Part shown: piece after piece, positions 1-20,594 of the stretch
Layout of the letters: each line of letters opens with the position of its first letter
How positions within the stretch are numbered: position 1 is the first letter of the stretch
DNA from: the human T2T-CHM13v2.0 reference genome, Homo sapiens
Reading direction: 5' to 3' (one strand)
DNA length: 64,000 nucleotides
Assembly (NCBI RefSeq): GCF_009914755.1
Contig: NC_060928.1
Made by a program: the position numbers and the translations under genes
The notes under the pieces: model-generated
What the model was told of the DNA's origin: nothing
The model's database searches: none
Seen by the model: only the letters and a program-made list of their open reading frames with translations

Positions 1-32
1 ATATGCTTATTTTATATATCGTTCTACAACTC

Positions 33-335
33 TTTTTTTTTTTTTTTTTTTTTTTTGAGATGGAGCCTCGCTCTGTCGCCCAGGCTGGAGTGCAATGGCA
101 TGATCTTGGTTGACTGCAACCTCTGCCTCCCAGGTTCAAGCAATTCTCCTGCCTCGGCCTCCTGAGTAGCTGGGACTACAGGCGCCCACCACCATGCCCA
201 CCTAATTTTTGTATTTTTAGTAGAGATGGGGTTTCACCATATTGGCCAGGCTGGTCTCGAACTTCTGACCTTGTGATCTGCCCACCTCGGCCTCCCAGCG
301 TGCTGGGATTACAGGCATGAGCCACCGTGCCCAGC
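33..335 (-). mobile_element. Alu (S-type), full length
   Basis: Alu consensus match with a poly-T head; ctacaactc direct repeat on both sides. Representative of the many Alus across the window. Confidence 0.95.
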
Positions 336-714
336 CTACAACTCTTTTTTAATATGCCAAATTGACACAGCTGGAAAGACCTGGTACTGAGACATGACTC
401 CCAGTCTATCTGACTCTAGAACCTACTTTGTTTCCAGTACACAAAAATGCCATGTCAATTTGGGAAGACCAGTTCAGTATTGTATAGTTATACGTCCGTT
501 GAATTCTTGATTCAATCAAGACATTCCTCTTCAGGGATTTCTGACTATTCAACAACCAGGAAATAAATAGTGGCACATTGACTAGATCATCTACTGACTG
601 AAAATTATGAAAACTATGTTGCAACATGAAAAAGTAAAAAAATGGTATCTTCTGGTGATTTTTTTCCAAAACAAGAGAATTTTGCACCAAACCTAAATTT
701 ATATCTTCAGTTCC

Positions 715-750
<36 letters not shown>

Positions 751-896
751 ACCAACTAGTTTAAATGGTAAATCCCCCCCTTTACAAAAAAAACATAAAG
801 TCCTGTCTCCCTGGGCAGAGATAATAAAAGCCCTCTGTAAACTCTAAAGTCACCATACAACCATTAATTATTGTTTTCCTACAGACAATGGGAAAC

Positions 897-1678
897 GTTA
901 AGGGTTTGACTAGCATCCCCAAAAAAATATGTTTGACACCCCAAAAAATATATTGACACCCTGTGAATGTGATCTTATTTGGAAATTAAATCTTTGCAGA
1001 TGTAATCAAGTTAACATGAGACCATTAGGATGGGCTTTAATCCAATATAACTGGTGTCTTTTTTTTTTTTTTTTTTTTGAGACGGAGTCTCACTCTGTTG
1101 CCCAGGCTGGAGTGCAGTGGTGTGATCTCAGCTCACTACAAACTCTGCCGCCACCCAAGTTCAAGCGATTCTCCTGCCTCAGCTTCCTGAGTAGCTGGGA
1201 CTACAAGCACCTTCCACTTCTCCTGGCTAATTTTTGTAGTTTTAGTAGAGACGGGGTTTCACTATCTTGGCCAGGCTGGTCTTGAACTCCTGACCTTGTG
1301 ATCCACCCGCCTCAGCCTCCCAAAGTGCTGGGATTACAGGTGTAAGCCACTGCACCTGACCTAACTGGTGTCATTATAAGAAGAGAGTAACTTGGACAGA
1401 GAGACACTCAGGGAGAAGAATACCAGGTGAACACACACACACAAAGGGAAAGCTGAGGTGTGAAGGTGGTTTGCCGCCACAAGCCAAGCATCACCTGAGG
1501 CTGGAAGAGGTGAAAGAGGCAGGGAAAGATTCTCCCCGGGAGACTTCGGAGGAAGCATGGCTTTGCCAACACCTTGATTTTGGGCTTCCAGCCTCTAGAA
1601 CTGTAAGAGAATAACTCTGTTGTTTGAAGCCACCCAATGTGTGGGATTTTATCATGGCAGCCCTAGGAAACTAATATA
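897..1678 (+). mobile_element. MaLR LTR (MLT1-type) interrupted by an antisense Alu (~1059-1360)
   Basis: Typical MLT1 motifs (gaatgtgatcttatttggaaat; cttccagcctctagaactgtaagagaata; gcagccctaggaaactaata); Alu TSD taactggtgtc. Confidence 0.85.
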
Positions 1679-2974
1679 GAAATAATTGAAGATTTTTAAG
1701 ATTGGGGGTGAGAGGACTAACATTTGCTGGGAACCTATGATGTTCCAGGCTCTTTGCTAGATGCTTTACTTATTTTATTTAATTCTAATAATCATGAGAA
1801 GAAAGCATTTTACAGATGAGAAAATTGAAGGTTGGAAGTTGATATGTTGTTGGGGAGGCCAAGGCAGGAGAATCGCTTGAGGCTAGGACTTCAAGATGAG
1901 CCTGGGCAATATAGCAAGACCCCATATCTACAAAAAAATTAAAAATTGGCCTGGCGTGGTGGTGTGTGCCTGTAATCCCAGACACTTGGGAACCTGAGGC
2001 AGGAGGATCGCTTGAGCCCAAGAGTCGGAAGCTGTAGTAAGCTATGATGGTGCCACAGAGCAAGACCACAGAGCAAGACCTTGTCTCAAAAAAAATAATA
2101 AAGTTGATATGCTGATGTTTCCTCAGCTGGAAAAAGCTGAGGCCATGGCTTTGCTTCTAAAGCCAACCATGTTTCCAAGGGCACAGCATTCGTTTGAGAA
2201 GACTGATTCAGCAGAATTGTGTATAATGATGTTAAGCCTCAGTTACCACACAACCTTTAATCAGGTGAACCAGACCTTCATGGTTTCCCTGAAAGATACA
2301 TCAACGTTTCTTTTTTTTTTTTTTTTTCTTTTTGAGACAGGGTCTTGCTTTGTCACCCAGGCTGAGGTGCAGTGGCAAGATCATAGCTCATTGCAGCCCC
2401 AAGCTCCTGGTCTCAGGAGATTATCCTGACTCAACTTCTCAAGTAGCAGAGACTACGGTTATGTGCTACCATGTCTATATATATATATATTTTTTAATTT
2501 GTGTAGAGACAGGGTCTTGCTATGTTGCCCAGGCTGGTCTCAAACTCCGGGCCTCAAGCAATCCTCCCACCTCAGCCTGCCAAAGTACTGGGATTACAGG
2601 TACGAGCCACCACACTTGGCCTCCATTTCTGGTCTACCAAATATGTTTGCTTATAGTACTGACTTTTATAATTTGCCAACTAGCAGTCAAACTCTATGCC
2701 TTTAATCAAAAGTTAACTGTATTGCTGAGATTGTGAATAAATAACCACATCTATTACTGATCGACCTTCATATTGAATGGTGTACTGGGGTGAATGATTC
2801 TTTCTTCAGCAAAAACCAATCACAGACAATATCCTAATATGTACATCAATTTTCGGTTTTAAAAAGTTTGCTTCAACCTTCACTTCCTAAGTCTTCAGTG
2901 ACTGAGAGCTGGTAGATGATAAAGCTGGTTTCCAGGATATGAAAGCTCAGTCAGCTATTAGTTTTAAAGTCCAT

Positions 2975-3132
2975 ATGGTGTGTAGTTAAGAATTCTACAG
3001 TCAGACTGGCTGGGTTCTGATGTGCACAAAGACACATGCTGGGCAACAGTGAGCTGGATTTCAGGCCCCATTTTCCCGTCAGCTTGCATCCTTGAGCAGG
3101 GCACAACTTGCACAGCCCTGCGTGGCAGCCCC
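2975..3132 (-). mobile_element. Old hAT-Tip100-like MITE fragment (MER91/MER45-like)
   Basis: The end cagggcacaacttgcacagccctgcgtggcagccc resembles the MER91/MER45 terminus. Confidence 0.45.
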
Positions 3133-4429
3133 ACAGGTAGGTTTCCACCTCTCCTGACTGTGGGTGGTAGTTACTGTTCTCCATGCCATGCCAACTGATC
3201 AAAACATCATACAGGTAAAAAGGAAGCAAAGCAATCTGTGAGTTTAAAACATTTAGTATATTTGATACTCATGAGATTGCAAATGAAATCATGAATCCTT
3301 CCAAAAAGGAAGTAGAAATTGTAGGTATTTCCCAATCACCATAGTTTCCCTTAGGTGGGGCCACTTTGGGAGAAAATGAAAGGACTGCAGCTGTGTGATA
3401 TTGAGATTTTAGTCCTCATGGCCCCCCACAAACTTATCTAATTCAGCTCAGCAAGCAGTAGTTGGAACATGACACCCTGGATGTGATTCGGGATATGTGT
3501 CTCCAGGAGGACTAATTAGCAGCTCGTAGAGAATAAGCTGTTCTCTGGTGCCCCATTAATTACAGTGCTCCTGGCAATTCAGGCGGGCCCACATGAATGC
3601 GTCCTGCACAAAAAGGTCACATCCTGGTGTTGCTAGTCAGATCGGTGCACGATCTTATTGCTGTTCATGGTTATTTCCCTGATAATCGCTCCCCAGAGGT
3701 CAGTCTGGCTACAACCTAGCATATTTGAGCACAGTGATTTGCAAGATGTATGGAAAACAATTTTTCAGAAACGTGCTCTCAATTTTCATTGGGCAAATTC
3801 CTCTTTCTCGGGTAAGTGCTGGAGCATATGGAGCAGGTAAATGTTTTAATGGACAGCATAAAAGTAACATTTTTCTTCTGAGGTTGATGATTTGCACTTA
3901 GGGCTTCCAATCCCATTTGTTACTATAGCAAGTGTTGAGTGCAAATTAAAGAGAGACAGAAAAACTCCAAACCTTCAACCTTGCTATCTCCTTAGCTCAG
4001 TCATGACTGCATCATTTCACAGATTCATATCACCTCCCTCTAGGGTTCCCATCCTCCGGGAGGAAACTTTTATTGAATTTCTCTACCCCAGGTTTTAGTC
4101 TCCTATCTGTCTCGTGTTATATACAAGGAACTCATTCCTTTCTAAGATTTAATACAATAAGATGAAAATGGCTAAGGGCAGTCTTTCTAGTCTCTGGGAG
4201 GAAAGATTAATGGTAAACACAAACACCTAATAAAAAGTTAAGGGAAAAAAATGTAGTGCAAGTAAACATTACCCATGTGAATGTATACAGTGCCTCGTTG
4301 TTCTTACAATCATAACAATTGCAACCATTATTAATGTTCTTCTTCTATGACATGAAAGAACAATAATAAGGGTCTTGGCATCAGCCATCTAGCAATTCAA
4401 AGTTAGAATAACAGCAATATGATTCATTT

Positions 4430-5941
<1,512 letters not shown>

Positions 5942-6606
5942 ATTTATTCACTCAGTCACATCCATTTATTAAGTATCTACCATGTTTCTACCATGTTTTA
6001 CCTGCTTACTTTTTTTTTTTTTTTTTTTTTGAGGCGATATCTCACTTTGTCACCCAGGCTGGAGTGCAGAGGCACTATCTTGGCTCACTGCAACCTCTGC
6101 CTCCCAGGTTCAAGCCATTCTCCTGCCTCAGCCTCCTGAGTAGCTGGGATTACAGGTGCCCGCCACCACCCCCAGCTGATTTTTGCATTTTTAGTAGAGA
6201 TGGAGTTTCACCATGTTGGCCAGGCTGGTCTTGAACTCCTGACCTCAGGTGATCCGCCCACCTCGGTCTCCCAAAGTGCTGGGATTGAGGCCTCCTGCCC
6301 GCTTTTTTATATCTCCAAGTGTAACCCATTATACTACTCATATATGGATTATGTGGCCTTCCTATATTCTCTCTTAACACTGTCTATATATCTTTAGCAA
6401 AGCATTTATTACTTTCTATTGCAAAAATCCAATTCCATGTGTGTCTTCTAAGTTGACAGTGGACTAGGAGGGAGGAAAGCACCAACAGATCCTTTTCTCC
6501 TTTGACTATTCAGCACCTGGCCCAGGTGTTGAGTAAATGAAAGACAGTATGTGTCAAATAAAATAATAAGACTTCACATAATAGCAAAATAAACTCTATT
6601 CTCCTA

Positions 6607-6888
<282 letters not shown>

Positions 6889-6949
6889 TTATATGAGGTC
6901 AGGAGTTCGAGATCAGCCTGACCAACATGGTGAAACCCTGTCTCTACTA

Positions 6950-7591
<642 letters not shown>

Positions 7592-8697
7592 TCACAAATG
7601 CAACTCTCCATTTAAAAATGCAAATCAGAGAAGAAACATCTCATGAGTTCTGCTTCCCTCCCCTCCTCAGTTTGTCATTTATTTGACCTGGTCACATCCG
7701 CTTCAGGACCTTTGCATCCTCTCCTCCCCAGTGCAAACATCACATCCCCAGGAAGCCCTTTCTTTATTATTCTCTCTCACACATACCCCGGGCCAAATCA
7801 GATTCCCCTCTCTATACCAGCAGGACACCCTGTATTTCTCCTTCATGGGATTTATCACAGCTTGAAGTAACATATTTTTGAGATTGTTTAATTAACATCT
7901 GTCTAATATATCCTCCATCAGATTAAGAGTTCATAAATTATGTCTCTAGAGATAAGGGGTATTCTAAAAGCACATCATACCAACCTGGGGGTAGAAATGG
8001 GATTGGTGTATTAATATCAAAACTATCCCTTTGAATCTACCCCACCTGCTGCTGTGGGTCCTTCGAACACAATTCCAGACCCCCACCCATCCAGGGTTCT
8101 AGGAGTCCCAGCGTATGCCTCCCATGGGCAAACCTGAGCCCTCTCAGCTCTCTAAGACATCTCACATTTCCTCCCTCTGGGGTGCGGCTCCCTGCAGCAA
8201 TGAGCTGCTGAGGCCTCTGTGCGCTTAAAAGCCACCTTTGTGTTGTCAGATATGGTATCTGGGTTCCAATCACAGAGATTTTAATCAAATAGTTCTTTTG
8301 GTTTTTACTCCCAGTCCCTGCTTCCTAGAGCTCAAGACTGGGGTTGGCAAAAAAGAAAAAAAAAGAACTCCCCATCCAATCCTGAAGCAAAGGCTTGGAT
8401 TATGCTTGGGTGCCTTGACGTCCTTTAATCTTGAGACAAATTCTTTTCCAGAAGCCTTCTTGGTGGCTCATCTAAATAATCCCCAGTACAGCCTACCAAA
8501 TGAGTCTTCCAGTGACCCCAGGTCTGTGTGCATTAAAGTGAAACAGAAGCCAGGGCATGATAGTGAGACCCCCTCTCTATGAAAGAAAATTTTAACAAGT
8601 TAGCTGGGTGTGGTCACATGAGCCCGTATTCCCAGCTACTCAGGAGGCTGAGGCAGAAGGATTGCTTGAGCCCAGGAGTTCAGGTTTGCTATGATGG

Positions 8698-9556
8698 TGT
8701 CAGTGGTGTTCAAACCAGAGCAACTCCGTCTTGAGTGAGGACTAGGAAAATGAGGCTGGGACTTGCTGGGCTGCATTCCCAGAAAGTTAGGCATTCCTAG
8801 CCTCTAGGTATTTACAGTTAAGGGAACAGATTGATAACATTTACTAAACAGACCCAGACTTGAGAGTGTCCTGATATCTTGATATCTTCAGAACAAAGGC
8901 ATTCCGAATTTTGCTTTATTTATTTTATGTTATTTTAATTTTTTTTTTGAGACGGAGTCTCATTCTGTCGCCCAGGCTGGAGTGCAGTGGCATGATCTCA
9001 GCTCACTGCAAGCTCTGCTCCTGGGTTCAAGCTATTTTCCTGCCTCAGCCTCCCGAGTAGCTGGGATTACAGGCAGGCACCACCACGCCCGGCTAATTTT
9101 TTGTATTTTTAGTAGAGACAGGTTTCACCATGTTGGTCAGGCTGATCTCGATCTCTTGACCTCGTGATCCACCTGCCTCGGCCCCCAAAGTGCTGGGATT
9201 ACAGGCGTGAGCCACCATGCCTGGCCCAAATTTTGCTTTAAAGATAATGTTGATTCTTGCAAAATATAGTAATTAAGAAAATTAATCCTTTATCACAAAC
9301 CCTTATATCAGAGCACGTCTCCCCATGATCTTTTTTTATCATATATATATATGAGTATTTTACCTGAGGTGGACGTTTTCCTCCCCTTACTTTAGGGAAC
9401 GCCCTACTTTGCCTACAGAGTAGCTGTTCTCTCACCACTTTACTTTCTTAGTAAACTTGCTTTTTCTTTGCACTGCAGACTTGCCTTGAGTTATTTCTTG
9501 CATGAGATCCATGAACCCTCTCTTGGGGTCTGGATCGGGACCCCTTTCTGGTAACA
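8698..9556 (+). mobile_element. ERV1 solo LTR, MER41 family (MER41D-like), inserted into an older Alu and itself containing an Alu
   Basis: TGTCAG...ccagagcaactcc start and ggggtctggatcgggacccctttctggtaaCA end; TSD ATGG/ATGC; the host Alu halves lie on either side. Confidence 0.85.
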
Positions 9557-10963
9557 ATGCTGCCACCGCACTCCAGCCTGGGTGACAGCAAGACCCTGTC
9601 TCTGAAAAGATTAAAAATAAACATAACAAAAATAAAATATGAAGGGGAACAGAACTCAGTCTGAAGTTTGGACCATTGCTAAATTCAGAGAAAACAGCAG
9701 AATGTCAGTGCCTATAGTAATAGAGGAATAGCAAGGTCAAGCCTTTATCCTGGCTCAGAGGAGAAGAGAACCTCCTCTTGCACCCATTCATTCAACAGCT
9801 ATACTTAAGAGCAAGGTTTTCTGGAAATGGCCTATGCACAGTCACTGAAAATCCCAGCCAAGGTCACTTCATGACTTGCAAATCTTGGCAGAGTCATCAG
9901 GAATATGCCCAGGCATATTCATAGCTCCCTGCAGCCTCGACCTCCTGGGTTCAAGCGATCCTCCTGCCCCAGCCTCTCAAGTATCTGGGATTACAGGTAT
10001 GAGCCACCATGCCTGGCCCCCAATTTTTTAGATGAGGAAATTATTATTATTATCCCCAGTTTACAAAGAGGAAATAGGCATCGAGGACTTAATAATTTGT
10101 TGCAAGTCACATATCCTGGAGGTGCAGCCAGGTGATTTCAGAGTGTGTGATCTTAAAACGCTAGGCTAGGCTGTCTCCCCATTTACAGAGGTATGAACCT
10201 GGACTACTGTCCATGTGTTCTTCCCACAGCAACATGCCAAGGTAGAAAGAGGACTGGACTAGGTTCAATTGATCTGGGTTCTAATCCTAATGTTTTCTCT
10301 GTGCATTTTTGAGCAAATTAATCACTCTAGGACTCACCTTCCTTATTTGTAAACTAAATTCATCACTCTAGAACTCACTTTCCTTATTTGTAAACTAACA
10401 CCAACTAACATAGGTTGATTTTGGTGCTGAAATTCTATGATGTACATGATATCAGAATAAGTAACATAAGCAAATCAGTGGAGAAAATTTGGCCATAGAC
10501 ACTCTTTCTCATCAAAGAGACCATTTAAAACTTTAAGGCAGTTTGTTAACATTTCCCTAAGCTAGAAACTTAATTTTTTTTGTTTGTTTTTTGAGATGGA
10601 GTCTTGCTTGGTCACCCAGGTCAGAGTGCAGTGGCATGATCTCGGCTCACTGCAAACTCCACCTTCCGGGTTGAAGTGATTCTCCTGCCTCAGCCTCCTA
10701 AGTAGCTGGGATTACAGGCGGGCACCACCATAGCTGGCTAATTTTTGCATTTTTAGTAGAGACGGGGTTTCACCATGTTGGCCAGGGTGGTCTCAAACTC
10801 CTGACCTCATGATCCACCCGCCTCGGCCTCCCAAAATGCTGGGATTACAGGCATGAGCCACCACACCTGGCCAAAATTTACTTTAAAACTCATATTTTGC
10901 CATCCTAGAGAATGCAATTAATATATTAATTTTTCCATTTAAAATTTTTATTTATTACACACA

Positions 10964-11046
10964 TAGATAGATGATAGCCAGATAGATAGATGATAGATAG
11001 ATAGAGAGATAGATAGACAGATAAAGAGATATAGATAGAGATAGAA
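10964..11046. repeat. Imperfect (GATA)n microsatellite derived from an Alu tail
   Basis: atagatagatgatag... repeats abutting an antisense Alu. Confidence 0.85.
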
Positions 11047-11382
11047 ATTTTCAAAACAGAGTCTTGCTCTGTTGCCCAGGCTGTAGTGCAGTAGAATGAT
11101 CATGGTTCACTGCACCCTTGAATTCCTGGGCTCGAGTGATCCTCCTTCCTTGGCCTCCTCCTTCCTTGGCCTCCCAAAGTGCTAGGATTACAGGCATGAG
11201 CCACTATACCTGGCCTTTAATACATAAATATGTTAATTGAGAATTTACGTGCCATCCAAGTGAAAGTGACAGTTCAGCATATATAACATGTAGATTTTGT
11301 CAGGTGCAGTGGCTCACGCCTGTAATCCCAGCACTTTGGGAGGCTGATGCAGGTGGATCATGAGGTCAGGCGTTCGAGATCA

Positions 11383-11666
<284 letters not shown>

Positions 11667-12629
11667 TTACATATACGTATTTGACCTCTTCAGGCTCGGG
11701 TGATACATAAATATATTAATTGAGAATTTACATGCCATCCAAGTGAAAGTGACAGTTCAGCATATATAATAAATATATATATATTTTAGTTAACAAATAT
11801 ACACATATTTGTTAACTTCAAAAACTCAAGGACTGATAGAAAAAAATGACAAGGATTACAGAGAACAAACCAAAAGTGAATTTAAAAGAAGGATTTCTTA
11901 GAGGCCACCATCTGAATTCAAATGTATCTGCCAGTAGGGGCAGGAGCAGGAGAGGATGAAGTCACAGTACGATTGCAAAATGCTGCCAATCCACTTAGAG
12001 TTGTTTACTGACCTCTTCCCCACTTGCTTCCTCCCAGTCTTTGGAGAACATAACTGAGAGTTCTAAATTCTAATTTTCTTCTCATAGACACTTCCATGGG
12101 AAATCATGATGTAATTCACGAATGTCCCTGTTGCCAACTTTAGCCATTTAATATCACGGAAATCTGCTAAGGAAATGTTTGTGCTATTTCCCATCCAGCC
12201 TGGCAAAGGGCAGGCCCCTTTGACATATTGAGAAAAGTTGCCAGAGACATTTTCTGGTAAACTGACACAGTTCCTGGGGCTCGGAAAAAGAAACAGATCC
12301 CTCTAACAGGCCAAGACAGACACCAAGAAAGGGAGCCAGAGAACAAAGCAAGCAGATTTTGTCTTTTTTAACTGAACTTTTTCCTTTGACATTATTATTG
12401 ATTTATATGGAGTTGCAAGAAATGCTACAAAGAGATTTCCTATACCCTTTGCACACTTTCCCCAATGGTAACATCTTGCAGAATGATACTACAATATCAC
12501 AACCAGAATATTGACAATGAACAGTCAAGACACAGAACAGCTCCATCACCACAAGGATTCCTAACGGTGGTCCTTTATAGCATCGTCTACTTCCCTCCCA
12601 CCTTCTCCCCCTCCTTAACCCCTAGCAAT

Positions 12630-14310
<1,681 letters not shown>

Positions 14311-15628
14311 CAATCATTCATCTGTCCACTTCTATAATTTTATTAGCACAGGATGTTATAAAAATGGAATCATACAATATATAACCTTTTAGAATTTAAT
14401 TTTCTGGCGATAAATCCAGTGGCTTTGTGTACAATAGTTCTCTTTCTATTGCTAAGTAGAATCCCATAGTATGAATGTATCAACTTGAAACAACCCAGAT
14501 GACCTCCAAAGGGTAAATGATGACAATTAGAGTTCATCTGGGTTGTCTCAAGTTCTTAGCTATTTACTAATAAAACTGCTAAAAATATTTACGTACAGAT
14601 TTTTGTACATAAGTCTTCATTTCTAGGATCAATACCCAGCAGTACAATTACTGAGTTGTAAGGTAGTTGCATATTTAGTTTTACAGACAACTGACAAACT
14701 GTTTTCTAAAGTGGCTGTAACATTTTAAATTTCACCAACAATGAATGAGTGGATCCAGTTTGTCCCCATCCTTGTCAACATTTGTTGTTGCCAATATTAA
14801 TTTTAGCCATTCTGATAGGTATATAGTGAGATCTCATTGTGATTTTAATTTGCATTTCACTAATAGTTAATGCTGCTGAGCATCTTTTCATGTGCTTATT
14901 TTCTACCTGTACACCTTTTTTGGTAAAATGTCTCTTCATGTCTTTTGCCCATATTCTTTTTTTTTTTTTTTTTTTGAGACAGAGACTTGCTCTGTTGCTC
15001 AGGCTGGAGTGCTGTAGTGTGATCATGGCTCACTGCAGCCTTGACCTCCTGGGTTCAAGAAGCATATCCTCCCCAAGTAGCTAGGACTACAGGTGAGCAC
15101 CACCACACCTGGCTAATTTTTTTATTTTTGTAGAGACAGAGTCTTGCTTTGTTGCCCAGGCTGCTCTAGAACTCCTGGCCTCAAGCAATCCTCCTGCCTC
15201 GGCCTCCCAACTGCTAGGATTATAGGCATGAGCCACTGTGCCCAGCTCCGTGTTTTAAGTGAATTGTTCTTTTTAGTATTGAGTTTTCAGAGTTCTTTTT
15301 ATAGTCTAGATGCTAGTCCTTTGTAGAATATATGGTTTGCAAATATTTTCTCCCACTCTGAGCTTATCTTTTTATCCTCTTATGTCATTTGCAGAACAAT
15401 AGTTTTAATTTAGACCAAGTCCAATTTATCAACTTTCCTCCCAAAAATGTGCTTTTACCGTCAAATCTAAGAATTCCTTACCTAATCCTAGATCCTGAAG
15501 ATTTTCTCTTATTTTTTCTGAAAGTATTACAGTTTTACATTTTATATTTAAGTTTGTGATCCATTTTGAGTTTATTTTTATATAAATTATAAGAATTATA
15601 ATTTATAGGCCCACGCCTATATATATTA

Positions 15629-15898
<270 letters not shown>

Positions 15899-16306
15899 TC
15901 AAAAAAAAAAAAAAAGAAAAAAAGAAAAAAAGAATTAGAGGCTGGGAAACATAGTGAGACCTCATCATTACAAAAAAAAATTTTTTTAATTAGCCAGGAT
16001 TAGCCAAGCATTGTGGCATGCACCTGTAGTTCCAGTTACTTGGGAGGCTGAGGTGGGAGGATCTCTTGAGCCCAGGAGTGTGAGGCTGCAGTGAGCTATG
16101 ATGGTGCTATTGTATTCTGGCCTGGGTAGCAGAACAAGACCTTGTCTCAAAAAAAAAAAAAAAAAAGAATTAGGTCATTATGTCATGGTACTTTTTTTGG
16201 TCAATGCACGTCCACTTGCTCTAGCACCCTTTGTTGAAAAGGCTACCTATCCTCCATTGAGTTGCTTTTGTATCTTTGTCAAAAATCAGTTGGCTCATGC
16301 CTGTGA

Positions 16307-16630
<324 letters not shown>

Positions 16631-16677
16631 TGATCCACCCGCCTCAGCCTCCCAAAGTGCTGGGATAACAGGCATGA

Positions 16678-17055
<378 letters not shown>

Positions 17056-18007
17056 TAACATTGGTCTATTTTTGAGTTCTTTATTTTGTTCCTTTAATCT
17101 ATTTTCTATCCCTCTGCTAATACCACACAGTTGCGATTACTATAGCTATTTAAGCCTTGAAATAGGGTAGACTGATTTATCCTACTTTATTCTTCTTTTG
17201 CAAAAATGTTTTAGCTATTCTAGTTCTTTTGCCTTTCCTGATAAATTTTTAAATACACTTCTCTGTATCTACAAGGAATTGTTGGGATTTTTATAGGAAT
17301 TGCATTAAGCCTACATATCAATTTGGGAAGAATTATCATTTTTGTTATGCTGAGTCTTTCAATCCATGAATGCTGTATGCCTTTCCATTTATTTAGATCT
17401 GCTTTGATTTCTTTCTTTAGCATCGTGTGGTTTTCAGCATACAAGTGTTGTACATATTCTGTTAGATTTACAGTTTTTTTTTTTATTTTTATTTTTTTCT
17501 GGGTTGTTTGTTTGTTTGAGACAGAGTCTCACTCCATCACCCGTGCTGGAGTGCAGTGGCACAGTCTCAGCTCACTGCAACCCCTGCCTCCCAGGTTCAA
17601 GTGATTCTCCTGCCTCAGCCTCCTGAGTAGCTGGAATTACAGGCGTGAGCCACCATGCCTGGCTAATTTTTGTTTTTTTAGTAGAGACAAGGTTTTGCCT
17701 TGTTGGCCGGGGTGGTCTTGAACTCCTGACCTCAAGTGATCCTCCCGCCTTGGCCTCCCAAAGTGTTGGGATTACAGGCGTGAAACACCACGCCCAGCCT
17801 TTTCTGTTTTTAGTGACTATAAATGGTATTGTTGTCCAGGCACAGTGGTTCACACCTGTAATCCCAGCACTTTGGGAGTCTGAGGTGGGCGGATCACAAG
17901 GTCAGCAGATCGAGACCAGCCTGGCCAGCATGGTGAAACCCCGTCTGTACTAAAAATACAAAAATTAGCTGGGCATGGTGGCGTGTGCCTGTAGTCCCAG
18001 CTACTCA

Positions 18008-18248
<241 letters not shown>

Positions 18249-18687
18249 TAGTAGCTAGGTCCACAGGAGTGTGTCACCACACCCAGCTAATTTTGGTTTT
18301 AAACTCCTGAGCCCATGGCTGCCTACCTCCGCCTCCCAAAGTGCTGGGATTTCCATGCCCAGCCTGGTATTATATTTTTAATTCCAGCATCTACATGTTT
18401 ATTGTTGGTATACAGAAATCCAATTGATTTTGTATGTTTATTTTGCATCTTGTGACCTTGCTGAGCTCACTTATTAGCTCTAGGATTTCTTTTTGTCGAT
18501 TCTTTGGGATTTTCTACCAAGAATATCATATTATCTGCAAATAGGAACAGTTTTATTTCCTCCTTTGCATTGGTGTGCCTTTTATTTCCTTTACTTGCCT
18601 TATTGCCTTGGCTAGAACTTCCAAAATTATAACTGGATCAAGACTGAGTGAGAGTGGGTATCTTCGCTTCATTCCTGATCTTAGAGG

Positions 18688-19866
<1,179 letters not shown>

Positions 19867-19875
19867 AAGGTGTAA

Positions 19876-20222
<347 letters not shown>

Positions 20223-20432
20223 TAAATATTCTTTATCAAATTGAAGAAGTCCTTCTCTATTCCTATTTTTCTGAGTGTTTTTATCACAAATGGGTGCTAA
20301 ATTTTGTCAATTGTTCTTTCTCCATCAATATACTTATGTGGCCAGATGCAGTGGCTCACGCCTGTAATCCCTGCACTTTGGGAGGCCAAGGTGGGCTGAT
20401 CACTTGAGGTCAGGAGTTTGAGACTGGCCTTA

Positions 20433-20594
<162 letters not shown>

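Noticed and set aside
1-30. Possible U6 snRNA remnant
   Set aside because: Only superficial similarity; no alignable stretch.
3322-3337. 16-mer taggtatttcccaatc also present at 47819-47834
   Set aside because: One 16-nt match among all position pairs in 64 kb is roughly what chance predicts, and the homology does not extend.
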